Shown piece after piece: positions 1 to 10,735 of a DNA stretch of 64,000 nucleotides; the stretch's first letter is position 1; every line of letters starts with the position of its first letter. Under the pieces are notes generated by a model, which saw only the letters and a list, made by a program, of their open reading frames with translations, did no database searches and was not told where the DNA came from. Source of the DNA: a virus; the IMG/VR virus record IMGVR_UViG_3300010371_000030, positions 41,833 through 105,832 of that record; one strand, 5' to 3'. Made by a program: the position numbers and the translations under genes.

Positions 1-1503
1 CGAGTCCGGATCCAGCTTGGAAGTGATCGGGTTGTATCTGTCAGTCCATCCAACGATGTTCTTGACGTATACCAGCAGTTGATCGGGCACGGCGTCCAGA
101 TTCCAGATGTTCGGGATCTCCAACGCCAGCTGCGTAGTCTGCTCCCACATCTGCTGCGGACCGCCGAACAAACGCTGAATGAACTGCCCTCCATTCGCTT
201 GATCCTCGTCACGGATGCTCTGAAGGATGAAGCGATACATGTCCAGAACTTGCGCCGGAGCCGGGAGCGGCGACGCCGTGAATCCGAGCATGGCCACCAT
301 ATACGGCTGTGCGAGCAAGTTGCCCACCAGATCACGGATCGTCGCGCCGTTGATCGTCAGCTGATACAGCTCGCCCTCGGTCTGGTCGGACGTTGAGAGG
401 ATGATCGTGTCCGACTCCACTTGCATGATCTTGGTGGTCGTCAGTCCGTTGTCCCACGTGAAGTTGGACACGTCCAGGGACAACAGCTTGGAGTCGGTCG
501 CGATGGGCTCGCTGAAGTAGATGGAGACCGTGTTCGCATCGGTCGCGATGACCATCTTGACGAACGGCTTGACCCCCACGCCATAGAACGCGGCCGCATC
601 CTTTGACACCGGGTTGCCAAAGGAAGTGATCAGGGAGCCCGAGGATGAACCGTACCCAAAGACGGGCTGCGCAATCACCTCCGTCCACCAGCCCTCGGCC
701 GTCCCGGCAGGGTCGTACACGATGAACTCGAACCACCCCGGACCTTCGGGCAGGTAGAACAACGCCGTGTTGCCGTTGCTAGGCAATACATCGTTCCAAG
801 TCCCGGGAGCAGGGGGCGAGCTATCCTGCCAGATGACTACGGGCGGACCGCCTACCGGCCTGTACTGGACGATGAAGTTGGGCGCGAACGCGTTCTGGTA
901 CTTGGCCTGGATTTGATAGCACTGCCCGTATCCGGCATTGTACTGCTGGAAGATGCCGCCCTGTTTGCCCGATACAGTCGTCTGTGCCTGGATGTAGTTG
1001 AACGTCCCATCGAAGCCGGTCAGGAGCGTGGCGAAGCCCGCAATGGACCAGTACGTGCCAATCGTGCCCACCTGGGACATGTCGCTGTCCAGGAACGCGT
1101 CGGCGCCGATGAGAAGCTGCTCGCTGTTCACCGTGAGCAGATACGCCGCGCTGTCGAGCATCGGAGACACGATCACGATCACGTACTTGGTCGTGGTGCC
1201 AGCCGAGGAAGGAACCTCCACGGCCAGCACGGCAGGCGTCGACAACTCCGCATCGTTGAACCCGTACATGTTCCAGTTGTCCGGGTTGACGAGCGCCGCA
1301 TTGTTATCGACGGGCGCAGTGAAGTCGACGCGAATGCGCGTGTTCGACGTGGGCTTGGCTCGCTTGATCCGAGTGATCTTCTGTAGATCGCCCGTCATCG
1401 TCAGCGACAGCGCCATCGTCTCGGACGATGACATATGTTCGGTGCCTTCGCCGAACAGCTTCAGCTTGAGCGCGACGGTCGCCGATGACGAGATGAAGGC
1501 CAT
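1..1503 (-). CDS. Baseplate wedge/tail protein (P2 gpI-like region preceded by beta-rich domains), 3' end runs off the window
   Basis: Not in the ORF track. Manual translation from ATG 1503 (MAFISSSATVALKL...LDMYRFILQSIRDED...LDAVPDQLLVYVKNIVGW) appears open to base 1; lies downstream of baseplate J. Confidence 0.65.
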   Translation of the reverse strand, partial: MAFISSSATVALKLKLFGEGTEHMSSSETMALSLTMTGDLQKITRIKRAKPTSNTRIRVDFTAPVDNNAALVNPDNWNMYGFNDAELSTPAVLAVEVPSSAGTTTKYVIVIVSPMLDSAAYLLTVNSEQLLIGADAFLDSDMSQVGTIGTYWSIAGFATLLTGFDGTFNYIQAQTTVSGKQGGIFQQYNAGYGQCYQIQAKYQNAFAPNFIVQYRPVGGPPVVIWQDSSPPAPGTWNDVLPSNGNTALFYLPEGPGWFEFIVYDPAGTAEGWWTEVIAQPVFGYGSSSGSLITSFGNPVSKDAAAFYGVGVKPFVKMVIATDANTVSIYFSEPIATDSKLLSLDVSNFTWDNGLTTTKIMQVESDTIILSTSDQTEGELYQLTINGATIRDLVGNLLAQPYMVAMLGFTASPLPAPAQVLDMYRFILQSIRDEDQANGGQFIQRLFGGPQQMWEQTTQLALEIPNIWNLDAVPDQLLVYVKNIVGWTDRYNPITSKLDPDS

Positions 1504-1516
1504 GTCAGACTCGCGA

Positions 1517-1933
1517 TCAGATGGTGATGGTCAGCGGAGTGACGCCGGCCTGGAACCTGTACACGTCCGTATCCAGCACGGTCCGAGGATTGGCCAGCGG
1601 GTCGGCCGTCAGCAGGTTGCCACCCGATGGCGCATCGAAGATGCCCACCCAGGTAATCAGCCCCCACGGACCGCCCGAGGCGGCAGGGAACACGATGTCA
1701 GCCGCGTGAGACTTGGCTCGCCCGGCTGCGGCGGGCCAATGCCCTGCATCGTTCGTCACGGCCACACGCGCGTAGTTGTTCCCGGACGGCTCGACAACGC
1801 CTGTGCCATCGCTGTTGGGAGCGGCGGTCATGAGACCCACGTACACGGTCGCCGGGAAGATGCTCGTGGAGCCGAGGAGCGAGTCCAGCACCTCGTTTGC
1901 GTACAGATCGATCAGCCCATTCGCAATAGCCAT
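1517..1933 (-). CDS. Phage tail/baseplate-associated structural protein
   Basis: TVYVGLMTAAP...EPSGNNYARVAV...WGLITWVGIFDAPSGGNLL pattern common in phage tail proteins; synteny. Confidence 0.7.
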   Translation of the reverse strand: MAIANGLIDLYANEVLDSLLGSTSIFPATVYVGLMTAAPNSDGTGVVEPSGNNYARVAVTNDAGHWPAAAGRAKSHAADIVFPAASGGPWGLITWVGIFDAPSGGNLLTADPLANPRTVLDTDVYRFQAGVTPLTITI

Positions 1934-1940
1934 GACGCGC

Positions 1941-4109
1941 TCAGCTGTGGATGGTGATGGTGAAGTTTCCCGCCGTCGGAAGCTGGCGCGAAGTCAGGGT
2001 GATATCTGCCCATCCGTTCAGAACCACCTTGGTAATCGTCGGATCCACGGAGTGGATCTGGAAGTCGATGAAGCTGAGAGCAATCACGCCCCCGAAAGAC
2101 CACAGGAACGTCACGCCGTCCGGCCCCAGCGCTTCCGGTTGGAGGACCGCCGCCAACTGGTTGATGATCATCTGGCTGGTCACCTCCACAGGCGCCCAGA
2201 CGTCGGCATTGATGTTCACGGCCAACGGGCTGTAGTTGGTCGCGACCACCTGCTGATTCGCGACAAGGCGCTTGCGGACCGGCGGCACCACGGTCTTGTC
2301 GCCATTGAAGTAGGTGGACAGGTTTCCGAGCTGAAGTGCCGTCGCGAGCCCTCCGCCCTTCGCCACACAGATGAGCTCAACCGTCTTGGGTCCGAATCCC
2401 TCTTCCACCGAGAAAGCGCGGCTGAACGGACTAGCGCCGGTGGAGTCGACGTAGTTGAGCGTCATGTCCGCGAGGTCATCCGGACCCAGCGCCACGTCAC
2501 GATCACGGAGCGACGCGGGCCCTTCCTGCTTCGCTTGGGCGAGGCTCGCCGCGCTAGCGCTCTGCGCTTCTGCCCACCCGCTGGCCACGCGCGGATTCCA
2601 GAACTTGTTGATGAACGTCATTCCGGTCTTGTCGACCGAGATGGCCAGCGCGCCGACGTTTCCGTTGTCGTCGGCGCCATAGCGATAGTTGACCTGGATA
2701 TTGCCCTGCCCGATGTCCGGGATGGCGCCGTTTTTGCCATCTCCGAACACGAACTGCGCCACGTTATCCGGTCCGAGCTGGACGCGGTACACCAGGTCTG
2801 CTCCGGCCGACGTCAGTAGCTGTAGAACATTCGTCCACGGTACGGCGTCGACCGTCAGCGCGTCGCTATTGAGGATGAAGCCAGTCTGCGATGACGTAAA
2901 CATCTGTCCGGGCGCACCCGTGGAGCTGCCCAACGTCTCGCCCAGCACCGACTTGCCCTGTACCACCTGCCCAATGACGTACTGCTTGCCTTGGTCGATG
3001 CGGATACGGCCGAACGTTCGGCCAGGCGTGGGCGAGCCCGAGACCGACACGACGCGAATGCGAAGCCAGAACGCCTTGATACCATTCACCGTGAATGGAT
3101 TCCAGTCGTGCGTCAGGTCCTGAGGGAGCGTGTACCCCCACTGCGTCTCGGACTGCGAGACGGTGAACGGCAACTCGCGCCAATCGGTCCCAATACCATA
3201 GTCAGATACATTGGTCGACGGCACCGACTGCCCGAGGAGTCCCGTGGTGACGATGTTGGTAGTGCCGTTCCAAGTGCTGACCACATCCTGATACGACGCG
3301 TTGGTCTGGAGCTGAACACGCACAGTCGCGCCGGCTCGGTTGTTCGGACCGAGGAGCGACGTGACATCGAACTGGAGCTGGCCACCGCCGATGTTGGTAA
3401 CGGAAGTGGGCTGCGCGTTCTGGAAGTCTCCATCGTAATACTCCAGGATCTCAATGGAGACAGCAGGTCCTGTAGTAACGCTGCCCGTTCCGGCCACGAG
3501 ATTGACCTGGTCCCACATGACCGTGCTATGGCCGATGTAGAGCATGTCGCCAGCCTTCTCGGTGCCAATCCAGTTCCAGTTGGCACCGCCGATGGCGTTG
3601 GCGTTCGTAGTATTGTCTGTATACGTGAGCGCCGTTCCATCGAACGTGAGCACGCTCGTAAGCTGATCGGAACGGTCGATGGTGATGCCGGCCAAGCACT
3701 CGTATGGAACGGCCGGAGTGGTGCCCGACTGCTGCGTGGCGACTTGAGCGAGCTGCGGCACGACGGTCGTGGAAGTGTTGAACGGACGCGTGAGCTGGAA
3801 CACGACGTCGGCCTGCGCCGGTGTCGCCGGGCGCATCTCGTAACCGATCAGCCGCAGCATGTTGCGGATGGTCTCGGGCAGCTGCGCGGTCGGCAGCGTG
3901 CACTCGTTGGCGATCATGTCGATCAGCGTGTTGTTCAGATGCCCGACGAGTGCGGCCGCGCGCAGGAACTGGATGAAGGGTTCAAAGTCGGATTCGTCGG
4001 TCAGCTCCGGCAGGTTCTCCCTCTTGTAGAGGATGAGCGCCTCCAGAATCTCACCATAGTAGAACACCGACCAGTTGAACGACGGGACCTTGATCACATT
4101 GGCAGCCAT
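1941..4109 (-). CDS. Baseplate J-like wedge protein
   Basis: 722 aa; N-terminal LPELTDESDFEP/IGYEMRPATPA, FGDGKNGAIP and YRYG motifs; follows gp25-like gene. Confidence 0.85.
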   Translation of the reverse strand: MAANVIKVPSFNWSVFYYGEILEALILYKRENLPELTDESDFEPFIQFLRAAALVGHLNNTLIDMIANECTLPTAQLPETIRNMLRLIGYEMRPATPAQADVVFQLTRPFNTSTTVVPQLAQVATQQSGTTPAVPYECLAGITIDRSDQLTSVLTFDGTALTYTDNTTNANAIGGANWNWIGTEKAGDMLYIGHSTVMWDQVNLVAGTGSVTTGPAVSIEILEYYDGDFQNAQPTSVTNIGGGQLQFDVTSLLGPNNRAGATVRVQLQTNASYQDVVSTWNGTTNIVTTGLLGQSVPSTNVSDYGIGTDWRELPFTVSQSETQWGYTLPQDLTHDWNPFTVNGIKAFWLRIRVVSVSGSPTPGRTFGRIRIDQGKQYVIGQVVQGKSVLGETLGSSTGAPGQMFTSSQTGFILNSDALTVDAVPWTNVLQLLTSAGADLVYRVQLGPDNVAQFVFGDGKNGAIPDIGQGNIQVNYRYGADDNGNVGALAISVDKTGMTFINKFWNPRVASGWAEAQSASAASLAQAKQEGPASLRDRDVALGPDDLADMTLNYVDSTGASPFSRAFSVEEGFGPKTVELICVAKGGGLATALQLGNLSTYFNGDKTVVPPVRKRLVANQQVVATNYSPLAVNINADVWAPVEVTSQMIINQLAAVLQPEALGPDGVTFLWSFGGVIALSFIDFQIHSVDPTITKVVLNGWADITLTSRQLPTAGNFTITIHS

Positions 4110-4110
4110 G

Positions 4111-4515
4111 TCACACCGTCCCAGTCGTCGTCGTGGTCGAGATGGTTTGTGGGAAGCTCATCTCAAAGTCCCGTTCGTTATCAGACTCCATGTTCCAGTA
4201 CACGAACGAAAGCACCAGTTCGCCCGCGGTAGTCGTCGCCCAGTTCACGGAGCCTTGGACGAGCTTGTATCGCTTCTGCGCCTCAAAGCTCTGGAAGATG
4301 GTCACCAGCCTCGACATGATCCTGGACTTCGACACGGTGTCTGAGATGGTGAAGATTGGAGTCAATCCCAAGCCTGGATTCTGCTGGAAGGCGTTGTCGT
4401 TACTATCGTCCAGCATGGCCGTGCGAATGATCTTCCGGTCGTTGTCATCGCCAGAAACCATCGCGGCCCCGCCACCGGGACCGACGCCAACAGGGATTGC
4501 CAATCCAGTCGCCAT
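4111..4515 (-). CDS. gp25/gpW-like baseplate wedge (sheath initiator)
   Basis: 134 aa between spike and baseplate J; GLAIPV...PGLG pattern. Confidence 0.7.
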   Translation of the reverse strand: MATGLAIPVGVGPGGGAAMVSGDDNDRKIIRTAMLDDSNDNAFQQNPGLGLTPIFTISDTVSKSRIMSRLVTIFQSFEAQKRYKLVQGSVNWATTTAGELVLSFVYWNMESDNERDFEMSFPQTISTTTTTGTV

Positions 4516-4518
4516 GTA

Positions 4519-4935
4519 TCACCGAGGCAGGCCAGGGTTGGAGCCGCCCGAGCCGGGGATGGAGCCCATGGACGAGCGATGCGGGCCGGTCGCCTCCACG
4601 TCAGAGCAGCGGCACATATCCAGGCCACGAGGCTTCTCGTCCTGCTCGCCGAACCATCCGCCGCACTCCTCGCACAGGAGCACTTGCGGCGCGAGCCGTC
4701 GGAGCGCGCGACGGATACGAACCAGCTGGCCAGGGATGGTATCCACCACAGTATTGGTTTCTTGGTGGATACGCATCGCGTCCTGTAGGATGGGCAGAAG
4801 CTGTCTTGTGATGGAAGCCTGCTCTTCCAGAGTCTGTACGTGCTTGTTCGTGATGACCTTGATCGCCCACACGATGGCAGCGGCGACGGTCATGATCGCA
4901 CTGGCGGCGGCGGCATCGGGGAATGTAATCGTCAT
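4519..4935 (-). CDS. Small membrane protein (N-terminal TM helix, coiled coil, CxxC); possible holin-like protein
   Basis: Hydrophobic AAAASAIMTVAAAIVWAI; LCEECGG...MCRC; fits tightly between neighbours. Confidence 0.45.
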   Translation of the reverse strand: MTITFPDAAAASAIMTVAAAIVWAIKVITNKHVQTLEEQASITRQLLPILQDAMRIHQETNTVVDTIPGQLVRIRRALRRLAPQVLLCEECGGWFGEQDEKPRGLDMCRCSDVEATGPHRSSMGSIPGSGGSNPGLPR

Positions 4936-4956
4936 GGTGCTTCCTATCCTACGATG

Positions 4957-5856
4957 TCACCCGCATTTCACCACGGTCGACTCCAGCCCGGAAGGCGGAG
5001 TGATTGGCGGCCCCGTAGGCGAGCCCGGACCCGAGGTGGAGTGGGTATGGTTGGTGAGGTAATTGGTGATCTCATCGCCAAGTCCTACGCCGTGCGCGTT
5101 GCCTCCCAGGTCCACCTCGTCGGCATTCACGACGCATTTGGCGCCGCTGGCGACGTTGACCGTGACTCCGCTGCTATCCAGCGTGACGGTGTTTCCGTTC
5201 TTGTCGGTAACGGTGATGCCGTTCTCATCGAGCTTGATGGAGTTTTGGTTCTGATCGGTGACCGTGATAGCAGGCGTGCTATCCATCACGATGCTGTTCT
5301 GGTTTTCGTCGGACACCGTCAGCTGCTTTTGATCGGCATCCATGGTGACTGTCGCCCCGTTCTTGTTCGTGAGCGACACGGAACCATTCTGGTCCACCTG
5401 AAGGCTCGCCTGGTCGCCGCCTTTGTTCTGCCACTGAACGGTGAGCGCCTCTTGCCCCTCGGTGTCATCGAACCAAATGATATGGCCTACGGGCGTGGCG
5501 AAGCCACGTCGCTTGCCGTAGTTGGTCAGGAACGGCGACGGAACAGGGGTTGGCGTGTCGCCGTCGGTATTGCCCCATAGACGCGTACCGCGCCACCGAA
5601 GGTTCATGCTCACGATGGAGACGGTGCCGGGCTGCTCGTCGTCGCTCGCCCCGGTCACGGCGACAATCTCCACCAGCTCGCCCACATCCGGTACCACAAA
5701 CCATCCCCACGGAAGGTACGGCTTGATCCATTGGGGCAGGTCCTGGTCCTCGCCATCGAGTAGCGCCTGGCACGCTACCCTGATCTGCCCGAGCTGATCA
5801 GGGTCCTCATTGGCAGTAACGACGGCCAGATGGCACTCTTCAACAACTACAGACAT
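4957..5856 (-). CDS. Baseplate spike (gpV/gp5-like)
   Basis: DPDQLGQIRV OB-fold start, VPDVGELVEI, beta-helix repeats, C-terminal HTH metal-binding tip (NHTHSTSGPGSPTGPP). Confidence 0.85.
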   Translation of the reverse strand: MSVVVEECHLAVVTANEDPDQLGQIRVACQALLDGEDQDLPQWIKPYLPWGWFVVPDVGELVEIVAVTGASDDEQPGTVSIVSMNLRWRGTRLWGNTDGDTPTPVPSPFLTNYGKRRGFATPVGHIIWFDDTEGQEALTVQWQNKGGDQASLQVDQNGSVSLTNKNGATVTMDADQKQLTVSDENQNSIVMDSTPAITVTDQNQNSIKLDENGITVTDKNGNTVTLDSSGVTVNVASGAKCVVNADEVDLGGNAHGVGLGDEITNYLTNHTHSTSGPGSPTGPPITPPSGLESTVVKCG

Positions 5857-5858
5857 GG

Positions 5859-7196
5859 CTAGCTGGTCTCCCCAAACACGCTGTTCGCAGGCGATTGAAC
5901 CTGAGTCGCCGACACATCCGGGAGCGAGGGGACCACACGCCGTGCGCTGAAGTCCAGCTCATATCCGCTCCCTGGATTCATGATGTGGCGAACGCGGGTG
6001 AAGTAGTACGACCCATCGAACAAGGTTCCAAGGCCGTGCAGATTGTGAGTCTGGCGCGCCATGATATCCTCGATGCCGATGATTCGCCCGTTGCCGATGA
6101 TGAACAGCTCCCGATAGCGCCTGAACCAGTTGTTCGCCCAGAGGGCGAGCGCTTGCGGGCTGTCGAAAAAGCGGTTGGTCTTGACCTCAAAGCTGTACTC
6201 TTCCAAGAACAGCTTGACGGTTGAGCCGGAGCCGGCCGCCGTGAGAATCTCGTTGCCTTGTGGCACGAGGGTGGCAGGCGCCGACTTGTTCGCAGACGGA
6301 TTGGGAGTCGTCGGATCCACGAACACGTCGGGGGAATCGTCGTTTTCCTCTTCCAAGACGGCCGTGATCAGCTTTCCAGTCTTCCAGTCCTTGGTCTCAG
6401 CCTTCATCTTGGTGACGGCGTGCTGGATGGCCAGCTCGGCGTCGAAGGACATGAGCGTGCTGTAGTCCTGCTGGTTGTACTCGAATGTATACACCTTGTC
6501 TTGGACGTCGGACTGCTGGAGCTTGTCTGGGTCCTTGAAATGGAGCGTCCAGTTGCCTTGGTCGTCGCCGTCTACCCAGAACAGGAAGCCACACAGATTG
6601 GCGAGCCCGCGCACAAAGTCATAGTCCTTCATGTGCGCCTTCTGGATGAAGTCGCTGGGCGGGTCTGGCGTCTGGTCGATGTCGAGGATGAAGCCATAGT
6701 CGGCTGCGCGAGCAGACACAGCGTCGCTGTACGTGAACTGCTTGAACCGACGTCCAGCCTTGGACTTGACCACCTTGAGCTTTGGATTCTTCTTTCCGAC
6801 CACCTTCTGGTCCTTCAGATTCTCCGGCGCGGTATCGGACATCATCGAGTCCTTGGTGTACGCGATGACTTCCATCGACGGAAGCGCGTTGGCCGGGAAG
6901 CTGGGCCGGATGCGGCGGATGATCGCCCGTCCGATGTGGTTCAGCATCGGTCCGTAACCCAGCCAGAGGTCCAGCTCGTTGCCAGGTACGAACAACTTGC
7001 TGTCCCGGACAAGGAGCCGGCCAGTGCTGTCCGTCTGCGGGTCAGAAACTGTCAGCTTGAGCTGATCGTGCATTCCATCTGCGGATTCGTACTCCAGCGA
7101 CTGAATACACGCCCTGATACCGTCTGCGATTCGGTTGCCGTTGACAGCCAAATCGAAGTTGGGGGCATTGACTCCGAGGTCAGAAGGGCCCGGCAT
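5859..7196 (-). CDS. Baseplate hub, gpD/late control D-like
   Basis: LWLGYG, DYDFVRGLANLCGF, GLGTLFDGSYYFTRVRH motifs; synteny. Confidence 0.8.
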   Translation of the reverse strand: MPGPSDLGVNAPNFDLAVNGNRIADGIRACIQSLEYESADGMHDQLKLTVSDPQTDSTGRLLVRDSKLFVPGNELDLWLGYGPMLNHIGRAIIRRIRPSFPANALPSMEVIAYTKDSMMSDTAPENLKDQKVVGKKNPKLKVVKSKAGRRFKQFTYSDAVSARAADYGFILDIDQTPDPPSDFIQKAHMKDYDFVRGLANLCGFLFWVDGDDQGNWTLHFKDPDKLQQSDVQDKVYTFEYNQQDYSTLMSFDAELAIQHAVTKMKAETKDWKTGKLITAVLEEENDDSPDVFVDPTTPNPSANKSAPATLVPQGNEILTAAGSGSTVKLFLEEYSFEVKTNRFFDSPQALALWANNWFRRYRELFIIGNGRIIGIEDIMARQTHNLHGLGTLFDGSYYFTRVRHIMNPGSGYELDFSARRVVPSLPDVSATQVQSPANSVFGETS

Positions 7197-7199
7197 GGT

Positions 7200-8027
7200 T
7201 CACTCGCCGCTCCGAGGAGTGATGTTGACCACGAAGGATGTATATGGCGTGCTACGAAGCTTGAACCAGGCAATGCGATGGTCTCGCGTGTCGCTCTGCT
7301 TCCGGCCGAAGGCTCCCGCGAGCTGGATGGACTGCTGCTGTGGCACCGACGTTCGGATGCCCTCGATGGAGGGCAGCACGACGATGTCACCGGTACCAAT
7401 CAGCGGCACGTTGATACTCCGCTGCCGGAGTACCACACCCAGCATTGGGTTGCCATACTCTTGCTGCGCGAGCAGCTCATAGTAGTCGCCCTCTTTCGCT
7501 CGGGCGTAGCGCGTGTCCGTGTTCTGCGTATCATCGACGCTGAACGGCACATACACGATCATGTTCATCGTGAACGTGACGTGCCGGACGTCGCCCAGGA
7601 ACGTTGGCTGGTTGTATTCGATGTCGGTGACGGACTCGATGATCACCTGCTTGGTCAGGCTGCTCGACGTTCCAAGCATGAACAAGCACACGGGCGGCCG
7701 ACGCACGATGCTATCGAGCTGGGACCAACTCACCAGCTTGTCGACCTTCGCGGCCGGGTCCGACGACGTGATGTCGCGCATGTAAAAGCGCGACTTGAGC
7801 GACAGCGTCTCTTCCTTGCCGTTCAGGAACTGGAGGATGGGATTCTGGCGATTGAGCGACGTAGTGCGCGAGATGTTGCTGCCAGTGTTCCGGGTGAAGC
7901 CGTCGTGCGGGAAGTCACCGATGAACACCTCGCCAGTTTCGGTGTTGGTGATCGTCCACGTCGCCGTCTTGAGCAACGCCTCCAGAACGGTTGCGCCGAC
8001 GCCAATTGCTGCCGCTGCGACTCCCAT
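7200..8027 (-). CDS. Tail tube initiator (gpU-like plus LysM/gpX-like C-terminus)
   Basis: PILQFLNGKEETLSL; C-terminal KEGDYYELLAQQEYGNP; start reassigned to ATG 8027 just after the TMP stop. Confidence 0.7.
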   Translation of the reverse strand: MGVAAAAIGVGATVLEALLKTATWTITNTETGEVFIGDFPHDGFTRNTGSNISRTTSLNRQNPILQFLNGKEETLSLKSRFYMRDITSSDPAAKVDKLVSWSQLDSIVRRPPVCLFMLGTSSSLTKQVIIESVTDIEYNQPTFLGDVRHVTFTMNMIVYVPFSVDDTQNTDTRYARAKEGDYYELLAQQEYGNPMLGVVLRQRSINVPLIGTGDIVVLPSIEGIRTSVPQQQSIQLAGAFGRKQSDTRDHRIAWFKLRSTPYTSFVVNITPRSGE

Positions 8028-8029
8028 GG

Positions 8030-10510
8030 CTACATCGTCCCCAATCCACCGACCGGGACAGCTCCCTGCTCGGCAATCGCGCGCCGCTGCCACGGCGTCG
8101 TTTTGAAGCCATTACGCTCGTGGATCTCTTGGGTGTGCTTGGCGCTGGCCAGAGCCACCTCGCGCCCGTCGATCTTGGTACAAGCGTTGACATCGATCTT
8201 GCGCTTGTCTTCCAAGTTGACCTTCACATCGACGTTGGGCGTCTTGTTCTTGTCCGCCTCCTTGTCGGCGAACGCCTGCTGGATCTTGTCGAGGAAGCTG
8301 CCCTTGTCGTCCTTGGCAACCGAAGGCTGCTTGCCCAGAGCGTTGAAGTCGGCGCTCGCCACCTGGTCTTGGATGCTGAAGCTCCCTTGTGCGGCGAATT
8401 CTCGGAAGCCCTTTGGCACCCAATCGCTCTTGCCCACGGCATCGGCGAGCATCACCATCGCTTTCACCGTCTCGTGGATGTTGTTCACCACGTTTTCGAT
8501 GATCCATAGAGCGATGGACTTGATCAGACGAAACACCGGAGTCAGCGCGTCCAGCAGCATATCGAAGGCGACGATGGCCTTGGATACGAACCAACCAACG
8601 ATGGAGCCCAGTACGCTGAACAGACCCTTCATGAAGGGTGTGAGGAAGCGGAACGCCTCGATGACTCCGCCGATGGCCTGTGCGGCAATCTCTCGGAACG
8701 TAGTCATGAACGTCTTGAGTTTCTCCCACGCATACATGGCATAGGGCAGCACGTAGTCGATGAAGGACTTGGCGAACGGCTGGATGGCCGTATCATATAC
8801 CCAGTTGATCAAGTCGCCGATGGCGTTGAAGATGCGCTTGAACGTGTCCCAGACGCTCTCTCCCTGGTTCCGGAAAAGCAGGAAGACCGCCACGGCGATC
8901 AGCCCCCATCCGGTCATCGCGGTGGCGATGAACTCGATAACAGTAGCGATGGCGCTAACGGCCGGGATGACGACCGAGGTTACGAACGCGGCGACGCCCG
9001 CGAAGGCGATGAGAATGGGCGCGATGAGCCCGCCGACGAGCACGAGGATGGTCACGACCTTGGCGATGGAACGAACAATCTCCGGGCTGGCCGTGCCCGC
9101 CACCTGCTGCATGAAGGCCATGAACTCCGCCTTCACTTCGCCGATGGTCGTGATCACCCAGTCGAATCCATCCTTGATCCCGACGGCGACGTTGAACGTC
9201 GTGGCACCATACTTCTTGATGAGCGCTTCGTCAGTCTCCGTCTTGGAGTTGAGCGCTTGCATCACGAGGATGACGTTGTTGAGCGCGTCGGTGATGATGT
9301 CGAACGTGCCCGACATCGGCTTGAGGAAGGCACCAAACGCCTCGATGAAGAACACCTGGACCGACGACGCAAGGAGCGTCATACGCCCGGCCAGGTTGTC
9401 GAGGCGCCGTTTGGCCATCTGGTCGGCCGTCCCCTCCGCGTGGGACAGCTGGTCAAACAGCTTGTCGATCTTGCCGGACTCGATGCCCGCCTGGAAGGCG
9501 TTGAACGCCTTCATGCCACGGTCGCCGAACAGCTCTTGTGCCAGAGCGGCTTTCTTGACCACGTCCGTCTCGCCGGACATGGCCTTGTCGATCTGCTTGA
9601 CGACATTGATGATGTCCAGACCGCCATCCGCGGTCTTGGCCATCTCGATGTTGTGCGCCTTGAGCCAGTGAGTTGCCTCCTGCGACGGCTTGGCCAGCTT
9701 CTTGAGCATGGCGGCAAACGAAGTACCGCCCACAGAGCCTCGGTTGCCCGCGTCGGCGGCAAGACCGAGCATGGTCGCCGTGGTCGCCAGATCAATCTTC
9801 ATGATCCGAGCGTTGGCGGAGGCGTATTTGAACGCCTCGCCCAGGGAGACCATGTCCGTGTTGGTCTTGGTGCTGGTCATCGCGAGCACGTCAGACACAG
9901 AGCTGGCTTCCTTGAAGTCCATGCCCATGCCACGGATGACCTTAGAAACGATGTCCGCCGACGTCGCCAGGTCGATGGAGCCGGCCGCCGCCGCGTCGAG
10001 CACGCCCTTGATGCCAGACATGGTCTCCGGGACCGTCGCGCCCGCTCGGGCCATATTCTCCATGGCCTGGCCGACCGACGTGGCAGAGAACACAGTCTCG
10101 ACACCGAGCTGCTTGGCTTTGTTCGTCAGCGTCGTCATGTCGGTGGCAGAGGCAAGCGAGACGGCGCCCACGGCGCTCATCTGCTTCTCAAAGTCCATTG
10201 CGTCTTTGATGCCAAGACCAAAGCCCGCGGACAGCGGAGCGAGCGCCATGCCGAGGGAGCCCGCGATGCCACCTACCTTGCTCACGGCGTTGCTGATCGA
10301 CGCGGTGGCGCTCTCGGTCTGCCGCCCGGCTGCGGCAGCTTTCTTGCCAAGAGCGTCCACCGCGTCACCAGCCTGCTGCGCCTTCGGGGGAAGCTGTTCA
10401 GTCGCCTGGCTCAGGAACTGCGACGCTTGACCGGCCTGTCCCATCCCCTGGACGGCCTGATTGACGTCCATCGTCATCACCGCACCCAGGCCCATCTTGT
10501 CAAGCGCCAT
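8030..10510 (-). CDS. Tape measure protein (TP901-type core)
   Basis: 826 aa; DFEKQMSAVGAVS, TVFSATSVGQAMENMARAG, TNTDMVSLGEAFKY; hydrophobic central segment. Confidence 0.92.
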   Translation of the reverse strand: MALDKMGLGAVMTMDVNQAVQGMGQAGQASQFLSQATEQLPPKAQQAGDAVDALGKKAAAAGRQTESATASISNAVSKVGGIAGSLGMALAPLSAGFGLGIKDAMDFEKQMSAVGAVSLASATDMTTLTNKAKQLGVETVFSATSVGQAMENMARAGATVPETMSGIKGVLDAAAAGSIDLATSADIVSKVIRGMGMDFKEASSVSDVLAMTSTKTNTDMVSLGEAFKYASANARIMKIDLATTATMLGLAADAGNRGSVGGTSFAAMLKKLAKPSQEATHWLKAHNIEMAKTADGGLDIINVVKQIDKAMSGETDVVKKAALAQELFGDRGMKAFNAFQAGIESGKIDKLFDQLSHAEGTADQMAKRRLDNLAGRMTLLASSVQVFFIEAFGAFLKPMSGTFDIITDALNNVILVMQALNSKTETDEALIKKYGATTFNVAVGIKDGFDWVITTIGEVKAEFMAFMQQVAGTASPEIVRSIAKVVTILVLVGGLIAPILIAFAGVAAFVTSVVIPAVSAIATVIEFIATAMTGWGLIAVAVFLLFRNQGESVWDTFKRIFNAIGDLINWVYDTAIQPFAKSFIDYVLPYAMYAWEKLKTFMTTFREIAAQAIGGVIEAFRFLTPFMKGLFSVLGSIVGWFVSKAIVAFDMLLDALTPVFRLIKSIALWIIENVVNNIHETVKAMVMLADAVGKSDWVPKGFREFAAQGSFSIQDQVASADFNALGKQPSVAKDDKGSFLDKIQQAFADKEADKNKTPNVDVKVNLEDKRKIDVNACTKIDGREVALASAKHTQEIHERNGFKTTPWQRRAIAEQGAVPVGGLGTM

Positions 10511-10516
10511 GACCGT

Positions 10517-10735
10517 TCACCTTCTCTTGCGCCGGGCGCGCTCGTTGGCGGCTTTCTCCGCCTTCTGTTCCTTCTCCAGCTGTTGCCCGAGACGTTGGAT
10601 GTACCACGCTCGCTCAGCCGAGTCCATGTTCATGACGTCCGTCCAGTTGAATGCTCCCTTCGAACAGTACGTCAGGGTGAAGATGTCTTCCCGCAGCTCC
10701 TTGAGGTCTGCTAGCGGGAAGAATTGGAGAAAAAA
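10517..10735 (-). CDS. -1 frameshift extension of the tail/hub chaperone (gpGT or T4 gp51-like segment)
   Basis: Open -1 frame FFLQFFPLADLKELREDIFTLTYCSKGAFNWTDVMNMDSAERAWYIQRL...RR* fills the gap to the TMP; slippery T TTT TTC at 10735-10729. Confidence 0.75.
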   Translation of the reverse strand, partial: FFLQFFPLADLKELREDIFTLTYCSKGAFNWTDVMNMDSAERAWYIQRLGQQLEKEQKAEKAANERARRKRR